Assembly: GCA_947085655.1 (NCBI GenBank)
Contig: CAMTXH010000009.1
Location: 3,738 to 67,737, forward strand
Reading direction: 5' to 3'
Origin: an uncultured Omnitrophica bacterium
GTDB lineage: Bacteria > Omnitrophota > Gorgyraeia > JACQQV01
Length of the DNA: 64,000 nucleotides
Shown here: positions 28,031 to 38,200 of the stretch, piece by piece
Numbering within the stretch: the first letter of the stretch is position 1
Layout: the number at the start of each line of letters is the position of its first letter
Program-made: the position numbers and the translations under genes
The notes under the pieces: generated by a model
What the model saw: the letters and a program-made list of their open reading frames with translations, nothing else
What the model was told of the DNA's origin: nothing
The model's database searches: none

Positions 28031-29634
28031 CAACCCTTGCGGCACCCTCCGAAAAGACATCCTGGAAATTCCTCCTCGGGTTTGTCATTCTCGCCCTCTT
28101 TTTCGCCTTTATCATTGACAAGGAAGTGACGTTCCCGACGCCGGTCCTTGTGGCAGGGGCCGGTCTTGCAGGCCTGGCCCTCTTTTTAAGTGCTTTTATC
28201 CGGCCGGAGATTCCGCTTTATGTTCTTCTTGTTTACATTCCGTTTAACCGGCTTCTCATCGGGGATTTCGGCGGAGCGATGACGGCCCTGAATGTGACAA
28301 ATATCCTTTGCATTATTGCGTTTCTGGCCTGCCTTTCCCCGTCGACGCAGGGAAGAAATTACCCGCCGGCCAGTTCCCTTCACATTCCCATTATCCTTTT
28401 TGCGGTTCTCGGGATGCTCAGCTTTGTCCGGGGAAGCTGGGAGTACGGCTCCTGGTATCTCTGGAACTTTATCAATCCGCTCAAGCGGTGGCTCACCCCC
28501 ATCCTTTTTTATGCCCTAGCGCTCTGTTTGATTCGGGACCGGAAGATTCTGAAGACTTCGGTCATCATCATCATGGTGACCGTGACCCTTGCCGGACTCA
28601 TGGCGATCAAGGACTATATCGACATCGGGCAGGTCGGTTCCATCGAAAAGGCCCGGGTCGGGGGTATTGCGGACCAGCCGAACATGCTTTCCGCCTTTTT
28701 CTGCTACTACATGTTCCTCACAGGCGGATTTTTCCTGATGAATTACCAAAAGCCGAAGTATTGGCTTCTCCTCATCCCGTTCCTCATCTGTTTTCGGGGG
28801 ATTCAGGTGACTTTCTCCCGGGGAGGATACCTCGCCTTTTTTGCGGGGGCCTTTGCCCTCGTTTTTTTCAGGAACAAAATCTTTTGCATCCTCGCGATTT
28901 TTCTCGCCGTCCTCGCTTTTTTAAACCCGGCCATCCTCCCCTCGGGGATTAATTACCGCCTCCTCTCCACCTTCCAGAACGTGGATGCACTGGATGAAGG
29001 GGACCTCACCAATGCCGCCTACGATGTCTATAAGGGAAAGGCCGAGATCCTTGACGGAAGCGCCCGGGGACGCCTTGAGATCTGGAAGGGAGCGGTCAAA
29101 ATGATCAGCGAGAATCCTCTCGGAACAGGATACGGCACCTTCACCGGGCTGATTCCTTATTACGCCCCGAAACTTCAGGGGGCCCGTATGGATGCGCACA
29201 ACAATTATCTCCTGGTGGCTGCGGAGATGGGGATCCCGGCGCTTTTGGTGATGCTTTGGGTCTTTGTGGCGGTGATGTTTAAGATCTACTGGCTTTACCG
29301 TCATGCGCGTGACCCCTTCCACAAGGCGGTGGCCCTCGGCTTTCTGGCCGGGATGTTCGGCCTTTTGATGTCGAATATGTTCGGTTCCCGGTTGGATTCG
29401 CAGGAAGTTTCGGGCTATTTTTGGGTTTTGAGCGCGGTGATTGTCCGGGCAATCGCCTTTGAGCGCTCCGATAAAACGCCTGCGACTGTGAAATCTGTCT
29501 CCGACGGAACCCGGGAAAAAAAAAGGCGCGGAAACGAATCGAACGGATTTGAGGTTTCTCAATCACTGACTCAAACGCTCCGGCGGTTCGACGAGATGAA
29601 ATATGGAGAAAACGAACGTCCTTTATCTGATTGA
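28027..29634 (+). CDS. O-antigen ligase / Wzy-like membrane protein
   Basis: QPN, TFSRGGY, RLEIW, PLGTGYG, AHNNYL...EMG motifs. Confidence 0.88.
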   Translation: MTTLAAPSEKTSWKFLLGFVILALFFAFIIDKEVTFPTPVLVAGAGLAGLALFLSAFIRPEIPLYVLLVYIPFNRLLIGDFGGAMTALNVTNILCIIAFLACLSPSTQGRNYPPASSLHIPIILFAVLGMLSFVRGSWEYGSWYLWNFINPLKRWLTPILFYALALCLIRDRKILKTSVIIIMVTVTLAGLMAIKDYIDIGQVGSIEKARVGGIADQPNMLSAFFCYYMFLTGGFFLMNYQKPKYWLLLIPFLICFRGIQVTFSRGGYLAFFAGAFALVFFRNKIFCILAIFLAVLAFLNPAILPSGINYRLLSTFQNVDALDEGDLTNAAYDVYKGKAEILDGSARGRLEIWKGAVKMISENPLGTGYGTFTGLIPYYAPKLQGARMDAHNNYLLVAAEMGIPALLVMLWVFVAVMFKIYWLYRHARDPFHKAVALGFLAGMFGLLMSNMFGSRLDSQEVSGYFWVLSAVIVRAIAFERSDKTPATVKSVSDGTREKKRRGNESNGFEVSQSLTQTLRRFDEMKYGENERPLSD

Positions 29635-31927
29635 TAAACTTGAGGTGGCAGGTGCCCAGCGGCACCTTGCGGCACTCCTGAAGCGGATAGACCGCGGGCG
29701 CTTTTCGCCGCGGTTGGTCTGTCTCTCCCGGGAAGGGCACTTGACCGAGGAAATCCGTTCCCTGGATGTCCCGGTTACGGTTCTGGACGTGAAGCGAATT
29801 TACGACCTGACAGGAATTCGGGGTCTATTCCGGCTTGTCCGGATTTTGAAACGGGAGCGGATCGATGTCCTTCATGCGTACCTTTTCAGCGAAAACATTC
29901 TGGGTGCCCTTGCAGCGCGCCTGGCCGGAACCCGGATCGTCCTGACCAGCCGGAGGGACACGGGGAGACTCCGGGAAGGAAAACGGAGACACTTTCTCGC
30001 GTATCGACTCACGAATCGATGGGTTGACCGGGTTGTCTGCGTGAGCGACGCCGTGAAGAGGGTGGTTTTGGAAAAAGAGAAAGCCGCTCCGGAGAAAGTA
30101 ACGACCATTCCGAATGGCGCGGAAGGTGAACGGTCATTGGCGGAGTGCGAGAAATACCTTCAAAGGGACGCGTACGGTCTTTCGGAGAAAAACTTTCTTG
30201 TGACCCTCGTAGCCAACTTAAGCTGGATCAAAGGCCACCGCGTCTTTCTGGATGCGGCAAGCAGGGTGAAGGCACAAATGCCGGAAGCACGGTTTTGGGT
30301 CATCGGGGAAGGACCGCTCCGGAAAGCGTTGGAAGAAAGGGCTTCGGAACTCGGGTTGTCAAAGCATGTCCGGTTTTTCGGGCGGGTGGCCGATTCAAAG
30401 TCACTTCTCCGGCTTTCCGATGTTTCCGTCAACACTTCTTTTTCGGAAGGGATGTCCAATACCCTTTTGGAATCGATGGCGCTCGGGATTCCGGTTGTGG
30501 CGACCGGCGTGGATGGCAATCTGGAGACGGTGATAGATGAGGAAAGCGGGCTTCTTGTTCCGCCCGGCGATCCGGAGGCACTGGCAGAGACCATTCACCG
30601 TCTTGGAAACGATAAGAAACTGAGACAAAGAATCGGAGAGGCGGGCCGGGTCCGAATTAAGACCGTCTTGAGTCTCGACCGAATGATCCGCTCGGTGGAG
30701 CAATTGTACGGCACGCTCCTTTCACCGAAAGTGCAGTTTATCTTTTCAAAATTCCCCTGCTATGACGAAACGTTTATTCTACGGGAGATGAGGGAATTGA
30801 AAAAGCAGGGGCTTGGTCTTTCCATCCTTTCCCTTAAAAGGGGGAAAGACCCTGTTGTTCACGGCGATGCGACCTTCCTCGTGGAGGAGACTTTTTATCT
30901 TCCGTTTCTCTCATGGGGGACTATGGCGGCGACAGTTGGGATGTTTTTCACGAAGCCCCTCCGGTTTGTTTCAACACTCGGTCTTTTGATTGCGAAACAG
31001 TGGCGGGATCCCGAGTTTCTCATCAAAAGTATCGCCATTTTTCCGAAGTCGGTCGCCCTGGCCGGGAGTCTTCGAAAAAGGAATATCCGCCATCTTCACG
31101 CGGAATGGGCGACACACCCGGCCACGAGTGCCTGGGTCGCCTCCCGGTTTTCCGGGATCCCCTACAGTTTCACGGGGCATGCTCATGATATCTATCTGAA
31201 AAAGACCTTTCTTCCGGAGAAATTAGAGGCGGCCTCCTTTGTGACGACCTGTACCCGGGATAACAAGCGTTATCTGGCCGCTTTGAAGCCGGAGATCTCT
31301 CCCTCCAAAATACATGTCTGTTACCATGGAGTGGATCTGGAGCGTTTCAGACGGAACGGGAACGCCGTGAACGGAAAAATCCTCCTTCTTTCGGTCGGCT
31401 CGCTTCTGGCATGCAAGGGATTTGAGGATTTGATCGAGGCCTGTTTGTATCTGAAAAGGGAAGGGTTCTCTTTTGAATGTCTGGTGATCGGCGGCGGTCC
31501 TCAGGAAGCGGCCCTCCGGAGAAAAGTGGCCCGGCTTGACCTGACCGATTCGGTCCGGCTACTCGGATATATGAAGCAAGAAGAGCTGGTCCCTTATTAC
31601 AAGCGGGCAGACCTTTTTGCCCTGCCGGCCCGGCTGGACCGGCACTGGGGAATTCCGAATGTCCTTTTGGAAGCAATGGCGGCAGAAGTGCCGGTCCTGT
31701 GCACCCCCCTTCCTTCCATTCCGGAGTTGATTCAAGATCAGGTGAACGGTCTTTTGGTTCCGGAAAGGGATCCGAAGAAACTCAGCGAGGCGATAAGCCG
31801 ACTGATCCGGAATGAGTCCCTCCGGAGAAAAATGGGGGAGGCGGCCTTCCGGACCGTCTCGGAGCATTTTGACGCCGTCAAGAACGGCTCAACTCTTCTT
31901 CGGCTCTTTGAGGAAAAAATCCGATGA
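29603..31927 (+). CDS. Double GT4 glycosyltransferase (second domain WcaL-like)
   Basis: EGMSNTLLESMALG; ETFILRE, HLHA, SFTGHAHDI, GIPNVLLEAMA. Confidence 0.88.
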   Translation: MEKTNVLYLIDKLEVAGAQRHLAALLKRIDRGRFSPRLVCLSREGHLTEEIRSLDVPVTVLDVKRIYDLTGIRGLFRLVRILKRERIDVLHAYLFSENILGALAARLAGTRIVLTSRRDTGRLREGKRRHFLAYRLTNRWVDRVVCVSDAVKRVVLEKEKAAPEKVTTIPNGAEGERSLAECEKYLQRDAYGLSEKNFLVTLVANLSWIKGHRVFLDAASRVKAQMPEARFWVIGEGPLRKALEERASELGLSKHVRFFGRVADSKSLLRLSDVSVNTSFSEGMSNTLLESMALGIPVVATGVDGNLETVIDEESGLLVPPGDPEALAETIHRLGNDKKLRQRIGEAGRVRIKTVLSLDRMIRSVEQLYGTLLSPKVQFIFSKFPCYDETFILREMRELKKQGLGLSILSLKRGKDPVVHGDATFLVEETFYLPFLSWGTMAATVGMFFTKPLRFVSTLGLLIAKQWRDPEFLIKSIAIFPKSVALAGSLRKRNIRHLHAEWATHPATSAWVASRFSGIPYSFTGHAHDIYLKKTFLPEKLEAASFVTTCTRDNKRYLAALKPEISPSKIHVCYHGVDLERFRRNGNAVNGKILLLSVGSLLACKGFEDLIEACLYLKREGFSFECLVIGGGPQEAALRRKVARLDLTDSVRLLGYMKQEELVPYYKRADLFALPARLDRHWGIPNVLLEAMAAEVPVLCTPLPSIPELIQDQVNGLLVPERDPKKLSEAISRLIRNESLRRKMGEAAFRTVSEHFDAVKNGSTLLRLFEEKIR

Positions 31928-33822
31928 GACGATTTTTGAGGGAACTGATCAGCACCGGACTTTATCTTTTCCTTCGGGAAGATCGGGAAGGAGAACTCCG
32001 CGTCTTGACCTATCATCGAGTCAACCGGACTTCACCCAAGGACCGTCTCTCAGTCCATACAGATTCTTTCCGGAAACAGATGCTGTATCTGGCAAGGAAG
32101 GGCTACCACACACTGACGGCGGAGGATCTTTCGGAGATTCTCCGGCAAAAAAGACCGATCCCCCGAAGATCTATTCTCATTACCTTTGACGACGGCTATC
32201 GCGACAATTTTACGGATGCCTATCCGGTCCTCCGTGAGTTCGGCTTCAAGGCGACGGTTTTTGTGGCGACGGAGCTGGTCGGAAAAACACACGACGGACA
32301 TCCGATGCTCCGCTGGAATGAAATTCAGGAAATGACCACAGGCGGAATCTCCCTCGGGAGTCATACCGCCCGTCATGTTTATCTGAACGAGGTTTCCCCG
32401 GAAACCGGACGCCGGGAACTTGAAGATTCCAAACGACTCCTCGAGACAAAGCTCGGGCAAAACGTTCGCTCCTTCTGTTATCCCTTCGGGGATCTGGATG
32501 GGGAGTCGGTCGCTTGGGTGAAGGGGGCAGGATATGATATTGCATTTACAACGCGGCCGGGTCCGGTCCAACAAAGCACGGATCCTTTTTGGGTGAGCCG
32601 GACGGAGGTGAGCGGTTTCGACACCCTTTTTGATTTCAGGAAAAAACTGGCCGGCGCCTTTGACTGGCTTCACCGGTTTGTCCAAAGGAAAAAAAAGAGG
32701 GAACGGAAAATAGGACCGATCCCGGTTCTTTACGTCATCTGGTCTCTCGGCCTTGGAGGAGCGGAACAGGTGGTGTTGACACTCGCCAAGGGGCTGGACC
32801 GGAGGCGCTTCAAGCCGCTCGTCGCCTGTTTAAACGAACCGGGACGCTATGCCGGGGTCCTCGAACGGGAAGGGATTCGCGTTATTTCCCTTCACAAAAA
32901 GGGAAAGTTCGATTTTTCGATTATTCCGAAACTCATCCGGCTGATCCGGGAAGAAAAAATTCAGATTGTGCATACGCATCTTTGGGGAGGGAACGTCTGG
33001 GGAAGGATCGCGGCCTTCATCGCCCGGGTCCCGGTTTCGATTGCAACCGAACATGGGATTCAGGAATGGCGGGGGGCTCTTCACCGGTTGATCGACCGGG
33101 TCCTTGCGAAAGTCTCCAACCGGGTTCTTTTTGTGGCAGAGTCGGTCAAAGAAGATTTTTGCCGGATGACCGGGGTGAGTCCGCAGAAGTGCTTTGTGAT
33201 TCCAAACGGCGTCGACCTTGAGCGCTTTTCGCCTGCCCAAGATCCAAAAGCCCTCCGAAAAAGACTCGGACTCCCGGCGGAGGGGAAAATCGCCTTGAGC
33301 ATCGGGAGACTTTCACCGGAGAAGAAATTTGACCTTCTGATTTCTGCCCTTCGGAGCCGTCTTCTTGAGGGCGAGTTGCATCTTGTCATTATCGGAAGCG
33401 GCCGGGAAGAGAAAAACCTTTTGGCCTTAAAGGAGAGATTCGGTTTGGATGGGAGAGTACAACTGTTTAGCGAACAGGGGGAGCTCGAGCCGTTTTACGG
33501 CGCGGCCGACTGCTTTATCCAATTTTCCTCTCGGGAAGCATTGTCCCTCGCGCTCCTTGAGGCGATGGCATCAGGACTTCCGGTGATTGCTTCGGCGGTG
33601 GGAGACCACCCGAAGGTGATCCGGGACGGGGTAGACGGTTTTCTGGTTCCCGCAGGCGATACAGGGGAATTGCTTCGGAAACTACGGATTCTTTTTGAGG
33701 ACTCTAAAGCGGGAGTCTGGATCGGGCAGAAAGCGCGGGAGACGGTTCGCTTGCGTTATTCGAAAGAGCGGATGATCCGGGAGACGGAAAATCTTTATGA
33801 GGAATTGATGCGACATGATTAA
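31924..33822 (+). CDS. Polysaccharide deacetylase fused to a GT4 glycosyltransferase
   Basis: LTYHRV, ITFDDGYRD, GSHTARH, FCYPFG; then GGAEQ, IPNGVD, LLEAMASG. Confidence 0.88.
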   Translation: MRRFLRELISTGLYLFLREDREGELRVLTYHRVNRTSPKDRLSVHTDSFRKQMLYLARKGYHTLTAEDLSEILRQKRPIPRRSILITFDDGYRDNFTDAYPVLREFGFKATVFVATELVGKTHDGHPMLRWNEIQEMTTGGISLGSHTARHVYLNEVSPETGRRELEDSKRLLETKLGQNVRSFCYPFGDLDGESVAWVKGAGYDIAFTTRPGPVQQSTDPFWVSRTEVSGFDTLFDFRKKLAGAFDWLHRFVQRKKKRERKIGPIPVLYVIWSLGLGGAEQVVLTLAKGLDRRRFKPLVACLNEPGRYAGVLEREGIRVISLHKKGKFDFSIIPKLIRLIREEKIQIVHTHLWGGNVWGRIAAFIARVPVSIATEHGIQEWRGALHRLIDRVLAKVSNRVLFVAESVKEDFCRMTGVSPQKCFVIPNGVDLERFSPAQDPKALRKRLGLPAEGKIALSIGRLSPEKKFDLLISALRSRLLEGELHLVIIGSGREEKNLLALKERFGLDGRVQLFSEQGELEPFYGAADCFIQFSSREALSLALLEAMASGLPVIASAVGDHPKVIRDGVDGFLVPAGDTGELLRKLRILFEDSKAGVWIGQKARETVRLRYSKERMIRETENLYEELMRHD

Positions 33823-35236
33823 GAAAATTTTGATTTTTATTCTGCTTGCGGCGGTCCTTGCAGGGGGTGCGATCGGATGGAAAGTCTATGAAACGCGCCC
33901 CTGGCTTCCCGCGCTTCTCCTTCACCAGCTCTTTCAAAAAGAGCCGGCGGGCGAGGCAAAGGGCCCCGTGGACATCATCTTTGTTTTTGCGGACCATTAT
34001 GAACCGCATCATATCGCGGCGGCCGAGCGGTGGGAGAAGATATACCGCCGGCTGGCAAGCCGTCACCGGGATGCGGACGGGAAGATGCCCCAGCACACCT
34101 TTTTCTGGTACTGGTCGGATGAGGGGGACCAGAAGGGCATCGAGTATCTCAAACGGCTTGCGCATCTTTCGTACGACGGCTATGGAGAGGTAGAGCTCCA
34201 CCTCCATCATGACGATGATACCGAAGAGACGGTGAGAGTGGATTTGGAGCGGCGGATACAACTTTCCCAGAAGACCGGCGCGTTTCTCACGGCAGAGGAA
34301 GAGCCAAAGACCGCCTATGCTTTTATTCATGGCATGTGGGCGCTCGACAACTCCCGGGACGGACGTTACTGCGGAGTGAACAAAGAACTGGAGGTCCTTC
34401 GGGAAAGCGGTTGTTACGCCGATTTTACCCATTCCTCCTGGGGAACCATGAACCCGAGAATAGCGAATTCCCTCTATTATGCCAAGGATGACTCAAATCC
34501 GAAGTCCTATGATAGGGGACGAAAAGTGGAAGTGGGCGGAGAGCCGTGGGGAGATCTTTTGATTTTCATGGGGCCCAGTGTCCTTTCTTTTGAGAACGGC
34601 CGATTCTATTACGACCATGGGGATGTGACCCTGGAGGAACTTCCGACTCCCGACCGGATCCGCCGCTGGGTCCGCACAGCCATTCATGTTCAGGGGAGGC
34701 CCGAATGGGTTTTTGTGAAGGTCTTCACCCACGGAACCATCGCCCGGGATCATGAAGCGCTTCTCGGGAAGTGGGCAGAGCGGATGTATCAAACCCTCGA
34801 GACCCATTATAACGACGGAAAGCGGTACCGGCTCCACTATGCCTCCTCACGGGAGGCCTACAATATCCTGAAGGCGGCGGAGGCGGGACATTCCGGAAAT
34901 CCGAATGACTTCCGGGATTTTGTGATTGTTCCCTACGCGAACCAGAAAATTCTCGCCTCGATCCCCTATCAGCTTGTGACCTATTCTCCGGAGCGTGTGG
35001 AACTGATTCCGGCGGGCGGGGAGGGAAACTTCCGGTTTAAAGAAGGTTCGGTGGAGGAGGTTCAGGGGGACTTCTCGCGAATCGTGATTGTGAATCCCTT
35101 TGAGGCGGAGCCGGACCTCCGGTTCGAGGGAGGAGGAACCGCGTGGGTCAAACTCCGGGACCGGACAGAGCCGTTTCAGGTGGTACTGGAAGAAGGAGCG
35201 GAAAAGACGGTAAGAGTTGAGGGGAGCCAGCCGTGA
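33815..35236 (+). CDS. Exported protein of unknown function with candidate metal-binding motifs
   Basis: N-terminal anchor; ADHYEP, EVELHLHHDDD, FIHGMWALDNS, YADFT, KVFTHG. Confidence 0.7.
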   Translation: MIKKILIFILLAAVLAGGAIGWKVYETRPWLPALLLHQLFQKEPAGEAKGPVDIIFVFADHYEPHHIAAAERWEKIYRRLASRHRDADGKMPQHTFFWYWSDEGDQKGIEYLKRLAHLSYDGYGEVELHLHHDDDTEETVRVDLERRIQLSQKTGAFLTAEEEPKTAYAFIHGMWALDNSRDGRYCGVNKELEVLRESGCYADFTHSSWGTMNPRIANSLYYAKDDSNPKSYDRGRKVEVGGEPWGDLLIFMGPSVLSFENGRFYYDHGDVTLEELPTPDRIRRWVRTAIHVQGRPEWVFVKVFTHGTIARDHEALLGKWAERMYQTLETHYNDGKRYRLHYASSREAYNILKAAEAGHSGNPNDFRDFVIVPYANQKILASIPYQLVTYSPERVELIPAGGEGNFRFKEGSVEEVQGDFSRIVIVNPFEAEPDLRFEGGGTAWVKLRDRTEPFQVVLEEGAEKTVRVEGSQP

Positions 35237-38200
35237 AGAAGTGGTTTGGGCTTGTCATTCTTGTTGTGCTTTTGATCGGGTTGGGACTCCGCAGCCCTTT
35301 TTTCAAAAAGGGAAAAGAGTTGCCGGAATTCGGGAGGACCGCCGGTGAATTTGTTCTGGGAGACTTTGAGTCTGAAGAGGCGCTGAAGAATTGGGAGGCG
35401 AAAGGGGTCTTGGTTTTTCTCACCGAACAATATGCGGTCCGGGGGAGACACTCGGCGAGTCTTAACTATTCGGACGATGGAAATCCGGTCTTTGCCCTGG
35501 AACAGTATTTCCGGACGCATGAACAGGCGCGGGACTGGCGGCCGTATGAGGAGCTTCTTTTTACCGTTTTCAATCCCGGCCAGACAAAGGAGCGGATCGG
35601 GCTCCAGGTCAAGGACGGCTCATCCCGCCGGTATAAGGAAGATATTGTCATTCCGGCCAATAGCGCCCTCTCCCACCGTCTTCCGATGAAAAAGATCGCC
35701 CCCTTTGTCGATTTGAGGGATATCGCCCAGTTGAATTTTTTCCGTTGGGATCCGAAAAAGACGGCCGTCTTTTTCCTGGACGACGTCCGGCTGATCCCGC
35801 AACCGCAAGAAGCACCGAAGAAGGAAGGAAAAACGACGGAGGCATTTTCCTTTGACGGCTCCATCCGTCCCACCTCTCCGAATGCGGTGAGCGGACAGCT
35901 CTTTCACCGCTATGCGGAAAAATGGGAGGTGACCGAGAACGGAGAAACATTTCTCCGCATTCCCCTCCGCGTGGCGCAGGATCAGTCTTTTCTCTTTGAG
36001 GGGACGCCGGTTTCGGGAGGGATCCCTTTTCCTTACGGTCTTCTGAAAGCCACCACGTCCTTTAAATTACGGACTGCGGGGGGGACGGAACTTCCGATTC
36101 AAATCCGTCCCCTTGCTTTTTGGGAGGACGGCTCCGTCAAATGGCTCCACGTGAATACCGAAGGGACCGCCAGGGCGGCCGATCAGGGACTTTTTTTCGA
36201 GATTCACAAATCCCCGCCGTCAAAGCCCAACGAGACGCCCCTAAAGGTGACGCAGGATTCCGGTCAAATGACCGTCGTGACCGGTCCCCTGAAATTTTCC
36301 GTGAATAAGGCGAAGTTTACGCTCCTGGAGGAAGTCTTTCTCGACCGGAACGGCGACGGACAATTTTCGCCGGAGGAAAAGGTTGCCCAGGGAGGGGACC
36401 TTTTTATCCGCCATCGGGATGAAATGTTCCGCTCTTCCCTCAGCCGTCATTACACATTGGCGGTGGAGGAGATCGGCCCCCTCCGGGTGACGCTCAAGGC
36501 AAGCGGCTGGTTCACCAACGAATCCGGAAGACCCTTTTGCCAGTACGAGGTGCGGATCCAGGCCTTTTCCGGGAAAAGCGACATTCGCCTTTTCCATACA
36601 TTGATTTACACCGGTTATCCGGCAAACCGCTATCACCACGAATACGAGAATGTCAAACTGCCGGAGAATGAAACGATTGAGGAAATCGGGATCGAACAGT
36701 TTATTTCCGAAAAGGGAATCGGACGCTATCAAGTGGGACTCCCGGAGAAGGCATTGACCGGAACATTCCAGAAACCATTGGTTCTTTCGCAACTCAAGGC
36801 CGACGGCTTTCAGTTGAATCAGGGTGAAAAGACCCTTCATCAGGGGGAGAAGGCACTCGGGTGGTTGCATGCCGCTTCAGAGTCGTTTGGGGTGACGGTG
36901 AACGTCCGCGATTTCTGGCAGCAGTACCCGAAGGAAATTCATCTGGATCCGGCAGGGAAACTCACCGTTTCCCTTTGGCCCCGTTCCGCAGGGGTCTTGA
37001 ATCTTGAAACAGGGCCGGCCGCCGAGGGTCCTGATGCGGTGGCGCGCGGTTCTGCGTTCGGGCTGGCCAAAACCCATGAATTGACCTTTTCCTACCATCC
37101 CGGATGGGTGGATCCGCAGACTCTCCATCCGAAACTTTCGCTTTGGCAGCACCCTCCCCTCCTTCACTCCAGTCCGGAGTGGGTCTATGCCACCTACGCC
37201 CTTGGCTCTATCGGTCCCTACTCCCCTTTATTAGAGGAAGAGGAATTGTTGAAACGCCTTTTTGACTGGGCGGCGCGGCAGCCGGAGCGGTTCGGCTGGT
37301 ATGGGATGCTCGATTACGGAGACACCCTTTTCTGGTACCGGAAAGAGGGCTATGACAAATCTTATCCGGACTGGGGATGGCATCCGGAGGGGCGCTGGGG
37401 CTGGTTTAACTGTGAAGGGGTCGGGACCCATACCGGAGCTCTTTTTCAATTCATCCGGACCGGAGATTACCGGTATTTTGCATTCGGCGAGGCCTCCGCC
37501 CGGCACATCATGGATGTGGATACGATTCACTATGATACGGTGGCGAACGACCCGCGGCTTCGGGAAAAAATCATCGGGGATCACAGCCGCGTGGGGGCGA
37601 TGCACCGTCATAATGCCAATCACTGGGGAGGGCGTGCGGACGAGGCCTCCCACACCCATCCTTTCGGATTCCTTCTCTATTATTATCTGACCGGCAACGA
37701 ACGGGCGCTCGAGGTGGCAAAAGAGGTCGGGAGCTACTTTTTGGGACGGCCGATTACCTATACCCGTCATCCGGACATCGCTCCGCAGCGGGCCATCGCC
37801 AATGTCCTTTGGGGGGATGTTCTTCTCTATGAAGCGACGCGAAAGGAACGTTTTAAAAAGGAGGCGGACCATTGGGCGGCTCTCTTTGTGAACGGCCAGA
37901 GGGAGGACGGCGGTTGGGGGGAGAATTACAATCCGCAGCTCGGGACGTGGGATCACGAGGCGGGGATGCGTTTCATGATATTTCATACACTGCCTGCGTT
38001 GATTGCCTATCACCGTCTGACCGGAAGTCCCGAGGTGGAACAAGCGATCATCAAGGGGACGGAACACCTCATGGCACACGAAGACTATCTCCCTTTTTTT
38101 GATTCATTGGCGTACGCCTATGAATTGACCGGAGAGGTTCGGTATCTCGATGAGGCCCGCCGGCGCCTCTCCGAACAGGTTGCCGCGCAGGATAGAAGCG

